Positions 9,961 through 19,430 of a stretch of DNA of 64,000 nucleotides are shown here, piece by piece. Every line of letters starts with the position of its first letter. Positions within the stretch are counted from its first letter, which is position 1. The stretch is from the NCBI GenBank assembly GCA_963778115.1, contig CAVZSV010000004.1, forward strand, positions 1,216,001-1,280,000, given 5' to 3'. A program made the translations under genes and the position numbers. Below the pieces are notes generated by a model. It did no database searches, was not told the DNA's origin, and saw only the letters and a list, made by a program, of their open reading frames with translations. Source of the stretch: an uncultured delta proteobacterium. Its GTDB lineage: Bacteria > Bdellovibrionota > FAC87 > UBA2466.

Positions 9961-11181
9961 TTGGTGCCAACCCGACACTGGGCGCAAGACTTCACCGAAT
10001 TAGCACCACCGCCCAGGCACGAATCAGTGGGATCGGTCTTTGCATTGGTAAGTAGAGGATCGTGGATAGGGGGAAAATTGGGTAATCAACTGGTTCGCCG
10101 GTTTCAGGTCATTGGATTTCTCACTGCATTCAGCTGCGCTCTCAGTCTAGGCGCCGTCGAGGCGAATAAGACCAAACCAAAACCCCCGCCAGTCAATGCG
10201 AACTGGTTAAATCAATTGAGTATCGAAGGACCGGTTCAGTTCTTTGAAACCCCGCAGGAGGGTCAAACTCCGTATATTGACGCTATCGATAATGCTAAGC
10301 AGTCGATTCAAATGACGATGTTTCACCTCACCAATCCTGCTGTGGTCACCGCCATGGTAAATGCGGTGGCAAGAGGGGTTGTAGTCGAAGCGATACTAGA
10401 TGCAAAAAACTTAGCGGATCAACAAAGGCCAGGATCCCCTTATGAAGATCTCATCCAAGGTGGAGTGAAAGTAACTCCAAGCTCACCCTCCTTTAGCATC
10501 ACTCACGTCAAAGCCATGGTGGTGGACGATATTACCGCTTTTATCACTTCCATCAACCTCACGACGGAATACGCCGAAACCCGCGACTATGGATTTATCA
10601 CGACGGACAAAGGGATTATCTCTGAAATGGACAAAGTCTTTCAGGCCGATCTCGCCAATGCGAAGAACAAGACTGGATTAACTCCCACGCTGACAAATTC
10701 CAACTTGGTTTGGAGCCCTGTTACTTCGGAAACCAAATTGTCCCAATTAGTCGCCTCAGCCAAACAATCCATTATTTTGACCGTAGAAAATCTAGGCGAC
10801 AAACCTTTCCAGCAGGCACTATTGACCGCTGCCAAAAATCACGTGAGCGTTCGCGTGATTACTCCGGCGTGTGATAAGAACTCTAATCCCCTTTACGATT
10901 TCCCCTTCTTAAAGACACTGGCCGCCGGTGGGGTCGAAACCAGAGTCATGCCAGCCCCCGCTTCGGCGAATCAGCCCTACATGCACGGCAAGATGATTCT
11001 CGTCGATGGGGAAAGGGCTTTCATAGGCTCCGTCAACTTTTCCACCAACTCCATGACCGAAGCTCGCGAACTAGGCGTTGTATTTACCGATACCTCTTCG
11101 CTAAACGACATCAACGCAAGCTTCGAACAGGACTGGTCTGTTGCGGTGCCGGCAAGCAACGCCACTCCCAAGTGTTCTTAG
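9961..11181 (+). CDS. Exported phospholipase D superfamily protein with two HKD motifs
   Basis: HVKAMVVD and HGKMILVD...GSVNFS. The true start is probably the TTG near 10078, ahead of a signal-like segment. Confidence 0.88.
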   Translation: MVPTRHWAQDFTELAPPPRHESVGSVFALVSRGSWIGGKLGNQLVRRFQVIGFLTAFSCALSLGAVEANKTKPKPPPVNANWLNQLSIEGPVQFFETPQEGQTPYIDAIDNAKQSIQMTMFHLTNPAVVTAMVNAVARGVVVEAILDAKNLADQQRPGSPYEDLIQGGVKVTPSSPSFSITHVKAMVVDDITAFITSINLTTEYAETRDYGFITTDKGIISEMDKVFQADLANAKNKTGLTPTLTNSNLVWSPVTSETKLSQLVASAKQSIILTVENLGDKPFQQALLTAAKNHVSVRVITPACDKNSNPLYDFPFLKTLAAGGVETRVMPAPASANQPYMHGKMILVDGERAFIGSVNFSTNSMTEARELGVVFTDTSSLNDINASFEQDWSVAVPASNATPKCS

Positions 11182-11193
11182 AGACCAAGTTGG

Positions 11194-11775
11194 CTAGTGA
11201 TGTCTTTTTGCTGAAGTGGTTTGGATTCTAACGGCTTTGAAACCCTGAAAGCTAAGAAAGAGGGAAAACGTTTGTTGGGCCACTTCGTTGTTTTGGCCGT
11301 ACAGATTTCCAATATTATCCGCCGTGTATTGTAAAACCTGAGCGCGAAACTCCACCCACAAGACCGCATTACCCATCGCACTAGAGGAAGCCTGAACGGT
11401 ACGTTTAAAAAATCGGTTTCCGCGAAGAGCCGTTTCAACAATCTCACTCGCCTCTTCAGCCGTGGAGTTGGAAACGTCATTGGCAGTGATTACTCCTTGC
11501 GAATCCGAGAACTGAATCACAATGGGAACTCCCGCTATTTTGGTAGTACCGGCTACTATCTCGCTCAGTGCCACCGCTTTGTCGTGGTCACAAACGGTTA
11601 CCGGAATGACGGAAGGAGCATCGGGGTCAGTAGGATCGGTGAGGGTACCCACGGTCACACAAGGATCGGCCCCCAGGGCTGCTTTAACCCTCTCGGCAAA
11701 GAGATCCCAAGGCGGATCGAGGGCCAGGACCAGGTTTGAAGACACCAAGGCCAATAGAACAAGAAAGGTTTTCAT
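11194..11775 (-). CDS. Hypothetical exported protein
   Basis: AAGGAG RBS and signal peptide MKTFLVLLALVSSNLVLA. Confidence 0.75.
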   Translation of the reverse strand: MKTFLVLLALVSSNLVLALDPPWDLFAERVKAALGADPCVTVGTLTDPTDPDAPSVIPVTVCDHDKAVALSEIVAGTTKIAGVPIVIQFSDSQGVITANDVSNSTAEEASEIVETALRGNRFFKRTVQASSSAMGNAVLWVEFRAQVLQYTADNIGNLYGQNNEVAQQTFSLFLSFQGFKAVRIQTTSAKRHH

Positions 11776-11918
11776 ACAGCTCCTTTCCCAGTCTATCGGT
11801 GCGGCGCGTTATTAACTAAACTATGTCGCGCTAGCCATAATTCGTTCACGTTCACACGCACGTCTACGCTTACGTGGGTATGGGATGGATCGGTGGGCGC
11901 TCCTTTAATACGACGTGC

Positions 11919-11951
11919 AAAAAAAGGCGCCCCTCTTTCGAAAGGCGCCTT
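11919..11951 (-). terminator. Intrinsic terminator downstream of the C1 protease gene
   Basis: AAGGCGCC/GGCGCCTT stem next to an A7 run on the plus strand, which is a U-tract on the minus strand. Confidence 0.8.
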
Positions 11952-11978
11952 CCTTAAAAAATTTCCCAACCGCTTCTC

Positions 11979-12884
11979 TTACTTCTTGGAAGCGGTGTAT
12001 GTCGCAAACGCGGCCTGATCTCCAATTGAATTACACTTGGAGCCATCAGTGCCGGTGTACTTGATGCGCATGAAGCCGGACTCGCCCCACTGCGTTCCCC
12101 ACGAATTTTTCACAATCCAGATCTGATCGGTATCGTCCCATCCGATCAAAGTGAGGATGTGATCAATGTCAGTGCTGTCGCAAGCATTATAGATTCCACC
12201 CGAGTACGCCACGAAAGAATCGCTGGCTGCCACCGTCACAGCAACTGGACCGTTTTGATAAATAGCGGCCTTGATGTCGTCTGTGGAAGGACTGCTTAGC
12301 TCACTGCCCACATACGACCAGTCAGCGATCTTTTCATGTTGAGCAGCAGTATTGTTGCAAGGAGCGTCCGTTGCCGTATAAGGAAAATCGGCTTCGTAAT
12401 TGGCGCCTACTTGTTGGTAGAAAGCGAACGCAAAATCGCCTCCTTCACAGGTTCCATAACTGGGTTGGCAGCTAACCAATTGCTGCTCGGCCAATTGAAG
12501 TTGCTTTCCGGTAGCGATAGCAATCGCTGATTCAATGACCGCATCGGTTCCGAAAGCCCAGCAAGATCCGCAGTACACCGGAAGATGTTGGTTCTTAATG
12601 GAGGTCACGACATTCTTATCGCGCCAATCCCAGTGCGCAGGAAGCGCATCCTTGATCTTAGGCTTCACGAAGGGGGCTAAGGACTTCCAATTAGGACTTC
12701 GTTTGAATCCCGTGATCGACTGATGGCTCGCATCTAGAATGCCGGTATCTCCCACGACGAAGGTCCAACCTTCTTTCGCCGCACGCGCTTTTAACACTTC
12801 TAATTTACTCGCCACCGAATCGGAAGCTTGGGCACTAAATACGCTCAAACTCAGTACTGCAAGACATAATGCCACTGCTTTCAT
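11979..12884 (-). CDS. Exported papain-family (C1A) cysteine protease
   Basis: LPAHWDWR, Q...CGSCWAF, IDHIL and KNSWG...WGESGF motifs, with signal peptide and short propeptide. Confidence 0.95.
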   Translation of the reverse strand: MKAVALCLAVLSLSVFSAQASDSVASKLEVLKARAAKEGWTFVVGDTGILDASHQSITGFKRSPNWKSLAPFVKPKIKDALPAHWDWRDKNVVTSIKNQHLPVYCGSCWAFGTDAVIESAIAIATGKQLQLAEQQLVSCQPSYGTCEGGDFAFAFYQQVGANYEADFPYTATDAPCNNTAAQHEKIADWSYVGSELSSPSTDDIKAAIYQNGPVAVTVAASDSFVAYSGGIYNACDSTDIDHILTLIGWDDTDQIWIVKNSWGTQWGESGFMRIKYTGTDGSKCNSIGDQAAFATYTASKK

Positions 12885-13010
12885 GTCTTACTCCTGGAAA
12901 ATGGTTTAGGGACGTAATGGTGTGACCGCTATTAATGTTCTTTAGTGTACCCAGAGAAGGGGCAGCAATGAGTGGCAACCGCGTGATTATGTTAACGCTT
13001 GTCAAAGGCG

Positions 13011-14483
13011 CTAATGGTTCGGATGAAAGACTCCGTGGAAGCTTAGCGGTACGTGATGGCGCAGCAAGACGCTCCCTACCGGCCCTTGGCTTAACGCGTC
13101 TGCTTTCAAAATGTCCAAACGACTCTTTTGCCGCTTGGGATCATAAACTTCCGTCAATATCCATCCGGCCTTTTCCAAGGGATCAAACGCCCAGACGGGT
13201 TCCGTGCAGTAGACTTGATTGCCGAAGTGATATCGATCGGTCTTACCCGACTCTTCACGTCGAACGATGGCAGACCAAAAGATTTCTCCCAAGTTGGATT
13301 CAGCCAAAAAGACATCTCCATGGCGGACCGCTCGCTCCTCAGTTCGGATATAAGGCATCTCATAGTCGGCGGAATCCAATAGGGATTCGACCTTACACCG
13401 ATTAGTCTTCAGGTTTAACCCGTAGCGAACCAATCGATCGCAGGGCACTTTCGGTAAGACAGGATTTTCCCCGCGCATCAGTTGGAAGAAGGGAGAGTTT
13501 TCCGAGCCGAGCCCCCCGCCGTTACGGTTTCCCACAAAATCTAAAATAATTTCGTCCCCCGCTTCAAATCCATTGACCGAATGCCACATATACTCGGCGG
13601 GAGCTTCAAAAAGTTTTGCTTCACCCCCATTCCGCGATACGACCAGAACAACGTTTCCCATGTCAGGACGCCACTCGATACTCTCGGCGAAGGTCCTAAG
13701 TCCCAACCAGGCTTTGGCGAAAGTGCGAAGCGAAACGAAAGCGGGATGAAGCAGTAGCACCACGTGCGATTCGGTCAGAAACCAATCGTGGATATAGACT
13801 CCGCGAGGCACCGACATGCGCTGAGTGTGAAAAACTTTCGTCTCTCCTTTTTTGAAACTGCGAACTGTCGCAGTAATCTCTTTTCCAAAATCAAAGGAGA
13901 GAGTCGCCCACCCCTGCCCTCTTACGTCCCATTTCCAATGGGCTTGGACAGAAATTAATGGCCCCTCACTCGATAACGGAAAGTCTCCCACCGAAGCCAG
14001 CGTTTGGGCATCCATGGCGAAAGGAGGTTGCGATTCGTCAAAAGCCAAAACACAATCTCCCGCTCTAAAAACGGTAACACCCGCTTGAGACGGAATTTTA
14101 CCTCCCACATTTCTCAAGCTCCATCCGGGAGCTAGGGTCGACCACGTCGGATAACAAAACTTTCCGCGCTTTTCTTCTTCCACGAATTTCGCAGTGCGGG
14201 GAAACCGCGCCACATATTGCACCCCCTTGTCTCCAAAGTGGAAAGCTTGCACTAGCCCGTCTCCGTCCAGCATCATCCGCTTTCTCAATCCGCCTCGGTC
14301 AAATTTTCCGGGACCGTTCCGGTAAAGCGATCCTCTGAGGCCGGGAGGAATCTTTCCTTCAATGTCCGGGTGATAATTTTGTTCCTCGCCAAGGGAACAA
14401 AGCAGCCCGGCATCTGCGCGAGAATTGTGTTTAATGTCCGACCAAACCTTCGCCGGCAAAGGACCTCGAGAGGAAAAGAGCAT
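13011..14483 (-). CDS. Carotenoid oxygenase (RPE65/CCD) family protein
   Basis: GKIPPGLRGSLYRNGPG, DGDG, four Fe-ligand His (QAHWK, YIHDW, MWHSVN, SFHG) and TEPVW. Confidence 0.92.
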   Translation of the reverse strand: MLFSSRGPLPAKVWSDIKHNSRADAGLLCSLGEEQNYHPDIEGKIPPGLRGSLYRNGPGKFDRGGLRKRMMLDGDGLVQAFHFGDKGVQYVARFPRTAKFVEEEKRGKFCYPTWSTLAPGWSLRNVGGKIPSQAGVTVFRAGDCVLAFDESQPPFAMDAQTLASVGDFPLSSEGPLISVQAHWKWDVRGQGWATLSFDFGKEITATVRSFKKGETKVFHTQRMSVPRGVYIHDWFLTESHVVLLLHPAFVSLRTFAKAWLGLRTFAESIEWRPDMGNVVLVVSRNGGEAKLFEAPAEYMWHSVNGFEAGDEIILDFVGNRNGGGLGSENSPFFQLMRGENPVLPKVPCDRLVRYGLNLKTNRCKVESLLDSADYEMPYIRTEERAVRHGDVFLAESNLGEIFWSAIVRREESGKTDRYHFGNQVYCTEPVWAFDPLEKAGWILTEVYDPKRQKSRLDILKADALSQGPVGSVLLRHHVPLSFHGVFHPNH

Positions 14484-14589
14484 GCAAGACTCCTAAATCA
14501 AAAGGACTACAGAACGATAACTTATTAGAATTAAGAAGCTTTAGCCACCAGCAAAGTTCCTTGGCGAAGGGAGAGTAAAATATCAGAGT

Positions 14590-14979
14590 ATGCGACCCGC
14601 TACCTTACTAGCGTTATTGCTCTTCTTGGCGATAGCTTCCTCATTGAAGGGTGAGCAAACACCACTACAACAGACACAAAACACTCTCATCGATCCGGTG
14701 CAACGACAAAAGGCTATCGGCTCTAGTCCCTCCGCCCAAAGTGCGGACTCGTCGGTTCAGCAGCTCACCGCAAGCCCGGCCCAAACGCAGAAAGTCTACG
14801 AGTTAGCCTCGAAAGTGATGGGAGACCTGGTTCAGCACACCAAAGGAGATCCTAAACAGATGGAGTCTGTCCTCGAAAATGCGAAGAACAATCCCGAGGC
14901 ATTCGCCAATACTTTCACGCCTGAAGAGAAAAAAATGCTTAACGATATTTCACAGAATATTCCCGCGAAAATGCCCTAG
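14590..14979 (+). CDS. Hypothetical exported helical protein
   Basis: Signal peptide followed by a Gln/Ser/Lys-rich helical region. Confidence 0.7.
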   Translation: MRPATLLALLLFLAIASSLKGEQTPLQQTQNTLIDPVQRQKAIGSSPSAQSADSSVQQLTASPAQTQKVYELASKVMGDLVQHTKGDPKQMESVLENAKNNPEAFANTFTPEEKKMLNDISQNIPAKMP

Positions 14980-15093
14980 AGAATGAGGATCCACCTCTCC
15001 CACCACCCCATTTTGCGCCTGCTAAAACTCGACTGTTGACACGTAGCCCCAGAAATTGTTACCGCTTAATTAAGTGGGAAACATGGGTTTTAA

Positions 15094-16419
15094 ATGGGGG
15101 ATGACATGGGCAATAAATGGGGCTTTGGGGGATTTCTCTGTCTTTTCGTAGTTAACCTTCTTTCGTCACAGGCTTATGGGGAGAGTTCCACCTTAAGTCT
15201 TCTGCTGGCACCTTTGATGGTAGGAGTGACCGAACGTACCGTCGATGAAGAGTACGCAAAGCAACTCAATATCGATCCGCATGCCACGGTAGCCCTTTCT
15301 CAAGGAACGGGACTCTGTACGGGAACCTTTCTCTCCTCGACGACTGCAATTACGGCCGTTCATTGCGTTGATCGTGAAAATCCGACTGGCAACGTCAATG
15401 TCGATGGGATCGCATCACTCCAAGTATTTTTTTCCGAGCGCTATCAAACGCCGGTGGAACACGGAGACTTGATAGAAGGGCGCATCAAGTACGATGTCGC
15501 GGTTTTGGTATTCCCGCCCGGCACGGGAGAATTCTTGGGGATTAAGAGTTATCCCAAACTTGCCACCACCGATCCCAAATCAGGCGATACCGTTTACCTG
15601 GTGGGTTTTGGAATGAGCGATCCCTATGCCTTCCTTACTGGTGACGAAGAAAATGCCGGCGCCGGCATCAAAGGTTGGGGAACCGCTACTATCTCTGAGA
15701 CAAAAGACGGAATGCTGTTCACCGAACCCATAACCATCGAGAATAAGAAACCGGTCGCCACTGAGACTCTTTCCGTAAGGCCCAACACTTCACGCGGACT
15801 TCCGGGAGATTCCGGGGGTGCTCTCTATAACACCCAAGGGGAGATCGTAGGAATTACGAGTGTGGTCGCTAAGCCCGTTCAAGATTTTACCGAGTCCAAA
15901 GTTCTCTTTGGATTACTGAGTCTGGTTCATATCGACTCTTGGAAAGTGTCCAACGAGTATGCCGATGTCACAAGCCACGATACTTTGGAATTGATGGCTA
16001 CAGCCACTCATTGCAAAGATCTCAGTCGGTGCGCTGTCATCGAAAATTCGAGGCCCGAAATAAAAACGGTCTCCTTGGAGAAACCGTCCGCTCCGAACTC
16101 CACTGCGTTTGATCACGTCATACTCAGAACGGGTTTCTACGGAGGAACGAAGAACGTTAACCGGAGAGCTTTTCTCCACCCCGTCTATTATAATAAACAG
16201 ATGGTACAAATTGACCTCTTGGAATTGGACGGAAAGACACCGCAAAAGGTCGAGACCCTTACGTGGAATAACGGTGCTTATGTAAATTCTGCTATCTCGA
16301 AAGTGCTCGCGACAAAAAAGGATCGCTTCAGACAATTCATTGTGAAGGGGCACCCTGATCCCCGCAATCCCAACCGACTGGCTCTAGGGTTAGATGAAGA
16401 ATTTGAATTCCGGCCCTAG
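15094..16419 (+). CDS. Exported trypsin-like (S1) serine protease with C-terminal extension
   Basis: CTGTFL...TAVHC, YDVAVL and GDSGG catalytic motifs, plus a signal peptide. Confidence 0.9.
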   Translation: MGDDMGNKWGFGGFLCLFVVNLLSSQAYGESSTLSLLLAPLMVGVTERTVDEEYAKQLNIDPHATVALSQGTGLCTGTFLSSTTAITAVHCVDRENPTGNVNVDGIASLQVFFSERYQTPVEHGDLIEGRIKYDVAVLVFPPGTGEFLGIKSYPKLATTDPKSGDTVYLVGFGMSDPYAFLTGDEENAGAGIKGWGTATISETKDGMLFTEPITIENKKPVATETLSVRPNTSRGLPGDSGGALYNTQGEIVGITSVVAKPVQDFTESKVLFGLLSLVHIDSWKVSNEYADVTSHDTLELMATATHCKDLSRCAVIENSRPEIKTVSLEKPSAPNSTAFDHVILRTGFYGGTKNVNRRAFLHPVYYNKQMVQIDLLELDGKTPQKVETLTWNNGAYVNSAISKVLATKKDRFRQFIVKGHPDPRNPNRLALGLDEEFEFRP

Positions 16420-16433
16420 AGCCTTAAAGGAGG

Positions 16434-18047
16434 TTACTTATATCCCGGAAGCGGATCTAGTGGCGGGGGAGAAGCTGAAGTTCGTTGGACGCGATGAAAG
16501 ATCTCTCCCTCGTGAGATCCCATAAGGCGCATATATCCGGCCGTGTTGTGAATTAGCTGAAGGGAATTAGAATCGAGTCTTCTTCCCACCCAATACCTAT
16601 CTTCTTGGGTCATGTTGATAGCGATGCGTCCGGAGAAGAAATCAAAACTTCCTCCCTGTAATCCTTCGTGCGTCCATAACCCCATTTTATTCATAAAAAA
16701 GCCGCTGAAAGAGAGCGGGAAATACGGGTTCTCCGTATTCGTCGGAGTTTTTACCGCGCTCACATTCAGGTTGATAATCGCGGTTTGACTCTCGTAAGAG
16801 CCGTGAATCGGTCCCATACCTTTTAGTCCCGCCAAAAGCGGACGAGCCCCCGATTTGAACATTTCGAAAGTTCCCACGCGTCCGAAAAGAAGTGAGTACC
16901 AGATCCCCCGCAAAACACCGTTCCCAATATCGGTAACTTCCACAATGGCGTCGATATCGTCTTGAGGCCGTTTCAGAATGAAACTATGAGTCCCTTTTGC
17001 GATCGTGATAGGCGCATAGCGAAAGGAAAGTGCTTCTTCAGAAGTAACATCTCCAAAGTACATCCGCACCAAGGGAGAGACCTGAAACCCCTCTTTGCCA
17101 TCTGCCGGAGGCAGCGTCATTAGATCGAGAGTCGCAAACTGATATTCATCCAATAGATCGTGATGAAGATAGCCGGCATAAAAGCCTTCCACTTCATCGG
17201 AACGCAGCGGTGTCGCTTGCGGAATGACTGGGGGGAATAGTTCTGGAACTGGCAGAGTCATTATCGGAGCAAGATTCTTTTCTAACGACGTCTCTTTGGA
17301 AGTTCGCTTGAGGGCACATCCATCACAAAGTAACCCACTGTCCGTCACCTGGCAGTCGATTCCGCCCTGACGTCCATTGAGTTGCAGATGGCTCCTTAAG
17401 AAATTATAGGCACCCGAAAAGATCGTATTCTTAACGCAGAGCATCCCATAACAGACGTCATTGTCGACTTCACCCCATTCCCCATGGATCTCGTAGTCGG
17501 CAAACGGATGGCCGACCTTAGTGGTGTCTTCGATGGAGCGGTAGGTATTCAGCTGAAGGACGGTCGGTGTCCCTTTACAGGTTCCGGAATACTCCCCCGT
17601 TATGGGCTGTAGCAACGGATAGACCAGAGGAACGTTTCCGTCGGCACGTAAAATGAGACGGGCGGGAACGTCTGAGAAGTTCGACCGAAAGCGGCCTTCA
17701 AAACCCTGCGGAGTGAAGTGAGGGATGCTGACTCCAGACTCTTGAGTCGTCTGATCTAACACCATCCAGCCGGTGTCCGCCTTATAAAGGATGTTATCAA
17801 AGTGATAGGAGACAAATTCCGCACTTCGGTAATCCCCAAATTGCACCGTCAATACCGCCATGAGCTCTTCTTTTCCGTCGCTATTAATCGAAGAGATGAG
17901 ATCCATCTTGGCAAGCTGGTCTCTCTGAAGGGCCTCGTGCCTTAAGACTCCCGAAAAGCGTTGCGAATGCAATCCGAACGCGACGGCCGGTATCAAAACG
18001 TAACAAAATAAAAGAGAGCGCCCCAAAAGGCTTCGAAAAATACCCAT
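16434..18047 (-). CDS. Hypothetical exported protein with an internal two-fold duplication
   Basis: Signal peptide. Paired motifs FSGVLRH/YAGYLHH, QFGDYRSAE/YFGDVTSEE and PITGEY/PIHGSY. Confidence 0.8.
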   Translation of the reverse strand: MGIFRSLLGRSLLFCYVLIPAVAFGLHSQRFSGVLRHEALQRDQLAKMDLISSINSDGKEELMAVLTVQFGDYRSAEFVSYHFDNILYKADTGWMVLDQTTQESGVSIPHFTPQGFEGRFRSNFSDVPARLILRADGNVPLVYPLLQPITGEYSGTCKGTPTVLQLNTYRSIEDTTKVGHPFADYEIHGEWGEVDNDVCYGMLCVKNTIFSGAYNFLRSHLQLNGRQGGIDCQVTDSGLLCDGCALKRTSKETSLEKNLAPIMTLPVPELFPPVIPQATPLRSDEVEGFYAGYLHHDLLDEYQFATLDLMTLPPADGKEGFQVSPLVRMYFGDVTSEEALSFRYAPITIAKGTHSFILKRPQDDIDAIVEVTDIGNGVLRGIWYSLLFGRVGTFEMFKSGARPLLAGLKGMGPIHGSYESQTAIINLNVSAVKTPTNTENPYFPLSFSGFFMNKMGLWTHEGLQGGSFDFFSGRIAINMTQEDRYWVGRRLDSNSLQLIHNTAGYMRLMGSHEGEIFHRVQRTSASPPPLDPLPGYK

Positions 18048-18210
18048 GTAACCCCCAACTCAACCCCGCCGTTTTTTTAGCCTCCTTCCCTAAGGAGCGC
18101 AACCAAAAGAAATCGCCCAAAGCTTTTCTTCGCGGCAATGTAAGGCTAGTATAGAAACAAGTTTTACCTTTTTTCGAAACGAACGTTAGGAATGCAATCC
18201 GGGAGACACC

Positions 18211-18855
18211 ATGAAAATCGGAATGAACGCTCTGTGGTTCACTTTGCTCACAACTGCCTTTCTTACGGTAGGTTCACCTAAAGCGTTTGGTTTAGTCCGG
18301 CTGGGAGTAGATGGCGGAGTGAGTTTAGCGACTCTTTCTTATGGCACATCGACGGGAGTAGCGGTTACCTCCCCTTACGGAACTCGAACTGGCCTAATGG
18401 CTGGCGGAATCCTGGAATGGGGATTTAATGACTATGTCTCTCTGCAACTGGAAGGCAACTACATCCAAAAGGGCGCGACCGTTCCGAATGTCAGCAACGG
18501 AGTCACTCTAATCACCTCCCAGTATGACTATTTCGAAGTTCCTCTTTTTCTGAAATTTACGGCCGATTTACCTCTCATTAAGCCTTTCATAGCGGCAGGT
18601 CCGTATTTAGCTTTCTCGGTCAACGCGCAAACTTCGAACTCCAGTACCGGCTTAAGCACCCCGCTCACCAATTATTCCTCTACCGATTTTGGAGTAAGCG
18701 GAATGGTCGGCGCGGAATTCGCTCTGACTCCGGTCATCTCCTTTTTAGTCGACTTGCGTTATGACCTGGGATTCACCGACCTAGATTCCACGGCCATTAC
18801 GACGATACGATCGCGTTCCTTCATCATCGCGGGTGGCCTTTTAATCGGAATTTAA
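18211..18855 (+). CDS. Outer membrane beta-barrel protein (small porin/PorT-like)
   Basis: Signal peptide, amphipathic strands, SLQLEGNYIQKG, YFEVPLFLK, AGPYL and DLRYDLG. Confidence 0.85.
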   Translation: MKIGMNALWFTLLTTAFLTVGSPKAFGLVRLGVDGGVSLATLSYGTSTGVAVTSPYGTRTGLMAGGILEWGFNDYVSLQLEGNYIQKGATVPNVSNGVTLITSQYDYFEVPLFLKFTADLPLIKPFIAAGPYLAFSVNAQTSNSSTGLSTPLTNYSSTDFGVSGMVGAEFALTPVISFLVDLRYDLGFTDLDSTAITTIRSRSFIIAGGLLIGI

Positions 18856-18899
18856 CGGCTTAAGTTCAATAAGTTAGACGACCCGCTCTGACTATCTCA

Positions 18900-18928
18900 T
18901 TGAGACTTGCAATGCATTGCATTATAAT
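18900..18928 (+). promoter_or_regulatory. Sigma70-type promoter with a 14-bp palindrome in the spacer
   Basis: TTGAGA (18900-18905), 17-bp spacer, TATAAT (18923-18928). TGCAATGCATTGCA lies at 18908-18921. Confidence 0.6.
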
Positions 18929-18955
18929 GATCCGGGACTTTAACCGGGAGCCGTT

Positions 18956-19384
18956 GTGGATTCAGCTGTCGATAATAGTAAAAAGAAGTATCACGTAGAC
19001 CAAGGCAACACACTAGCGCCTATGGTGCTTATCGTCAGTGACAAACCTGAGATTCAACGCCGGACCGAAGTCACTTGCCGAGCGCTCCCCGAATCTATTG
19101 CCTTATCCATTGCCTGTGTTTCTAGTTTAGCGCAGATGAGAGAGCTTGTGGAAAGCGGGAATGTGCTAGTGGTCTATCTCGACGAAAACTTACTCGCCGA
19201 AGAACCGGCAAGCCAGACCGAATACCTTTTTCCAAAGCATCCTTTTATCCAAACGATTGCGTGGAATCCTAATCTCGAAGTGTTGTCGACGACGACTCTT
19301 GCGAGAAGCCTCAAGATAGCTTCTTTGACTAACGAACAGAGGAAACGCTGGCAGCTAGCTCGCAACACGGGAATGTGGCACTAG
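18956..19384 (+). CDS. Degenerate receiver (CheY-like) domain protein
   Basis: VLIVSD, VVYLDENL and HPFIQTI follow the receiver pattern, but the acidic pair and conserved Lys are not evident. Confidence 0.5.
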   Translation: MDSAVDNSKKKYHVDQGNTLAPMVLIVSDKPEIQRRTEVTCRALPESIALSIACVSSLAQMRELVESGNVLVVYLDENLLAEEPASQTEYLFPKHPFIQTIAWNPNLEVLSTTTLARSLKIASLTNEQRKRWQLARNTGMWH

Positions 19385-19394
19385 CGAAAGAATT

Positions 19395-19423
19395 CCCTCG
19401 CGGCAAGAAATCTACCGCGAGGG
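19395..19423. terminator. GC-rich hairpin between convergent genes
   Basis: CCCTCGCGG-N11-CCGCGAGGG. Confidence 0.6.
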
Positions 19424-19430
19424 TTATCTC

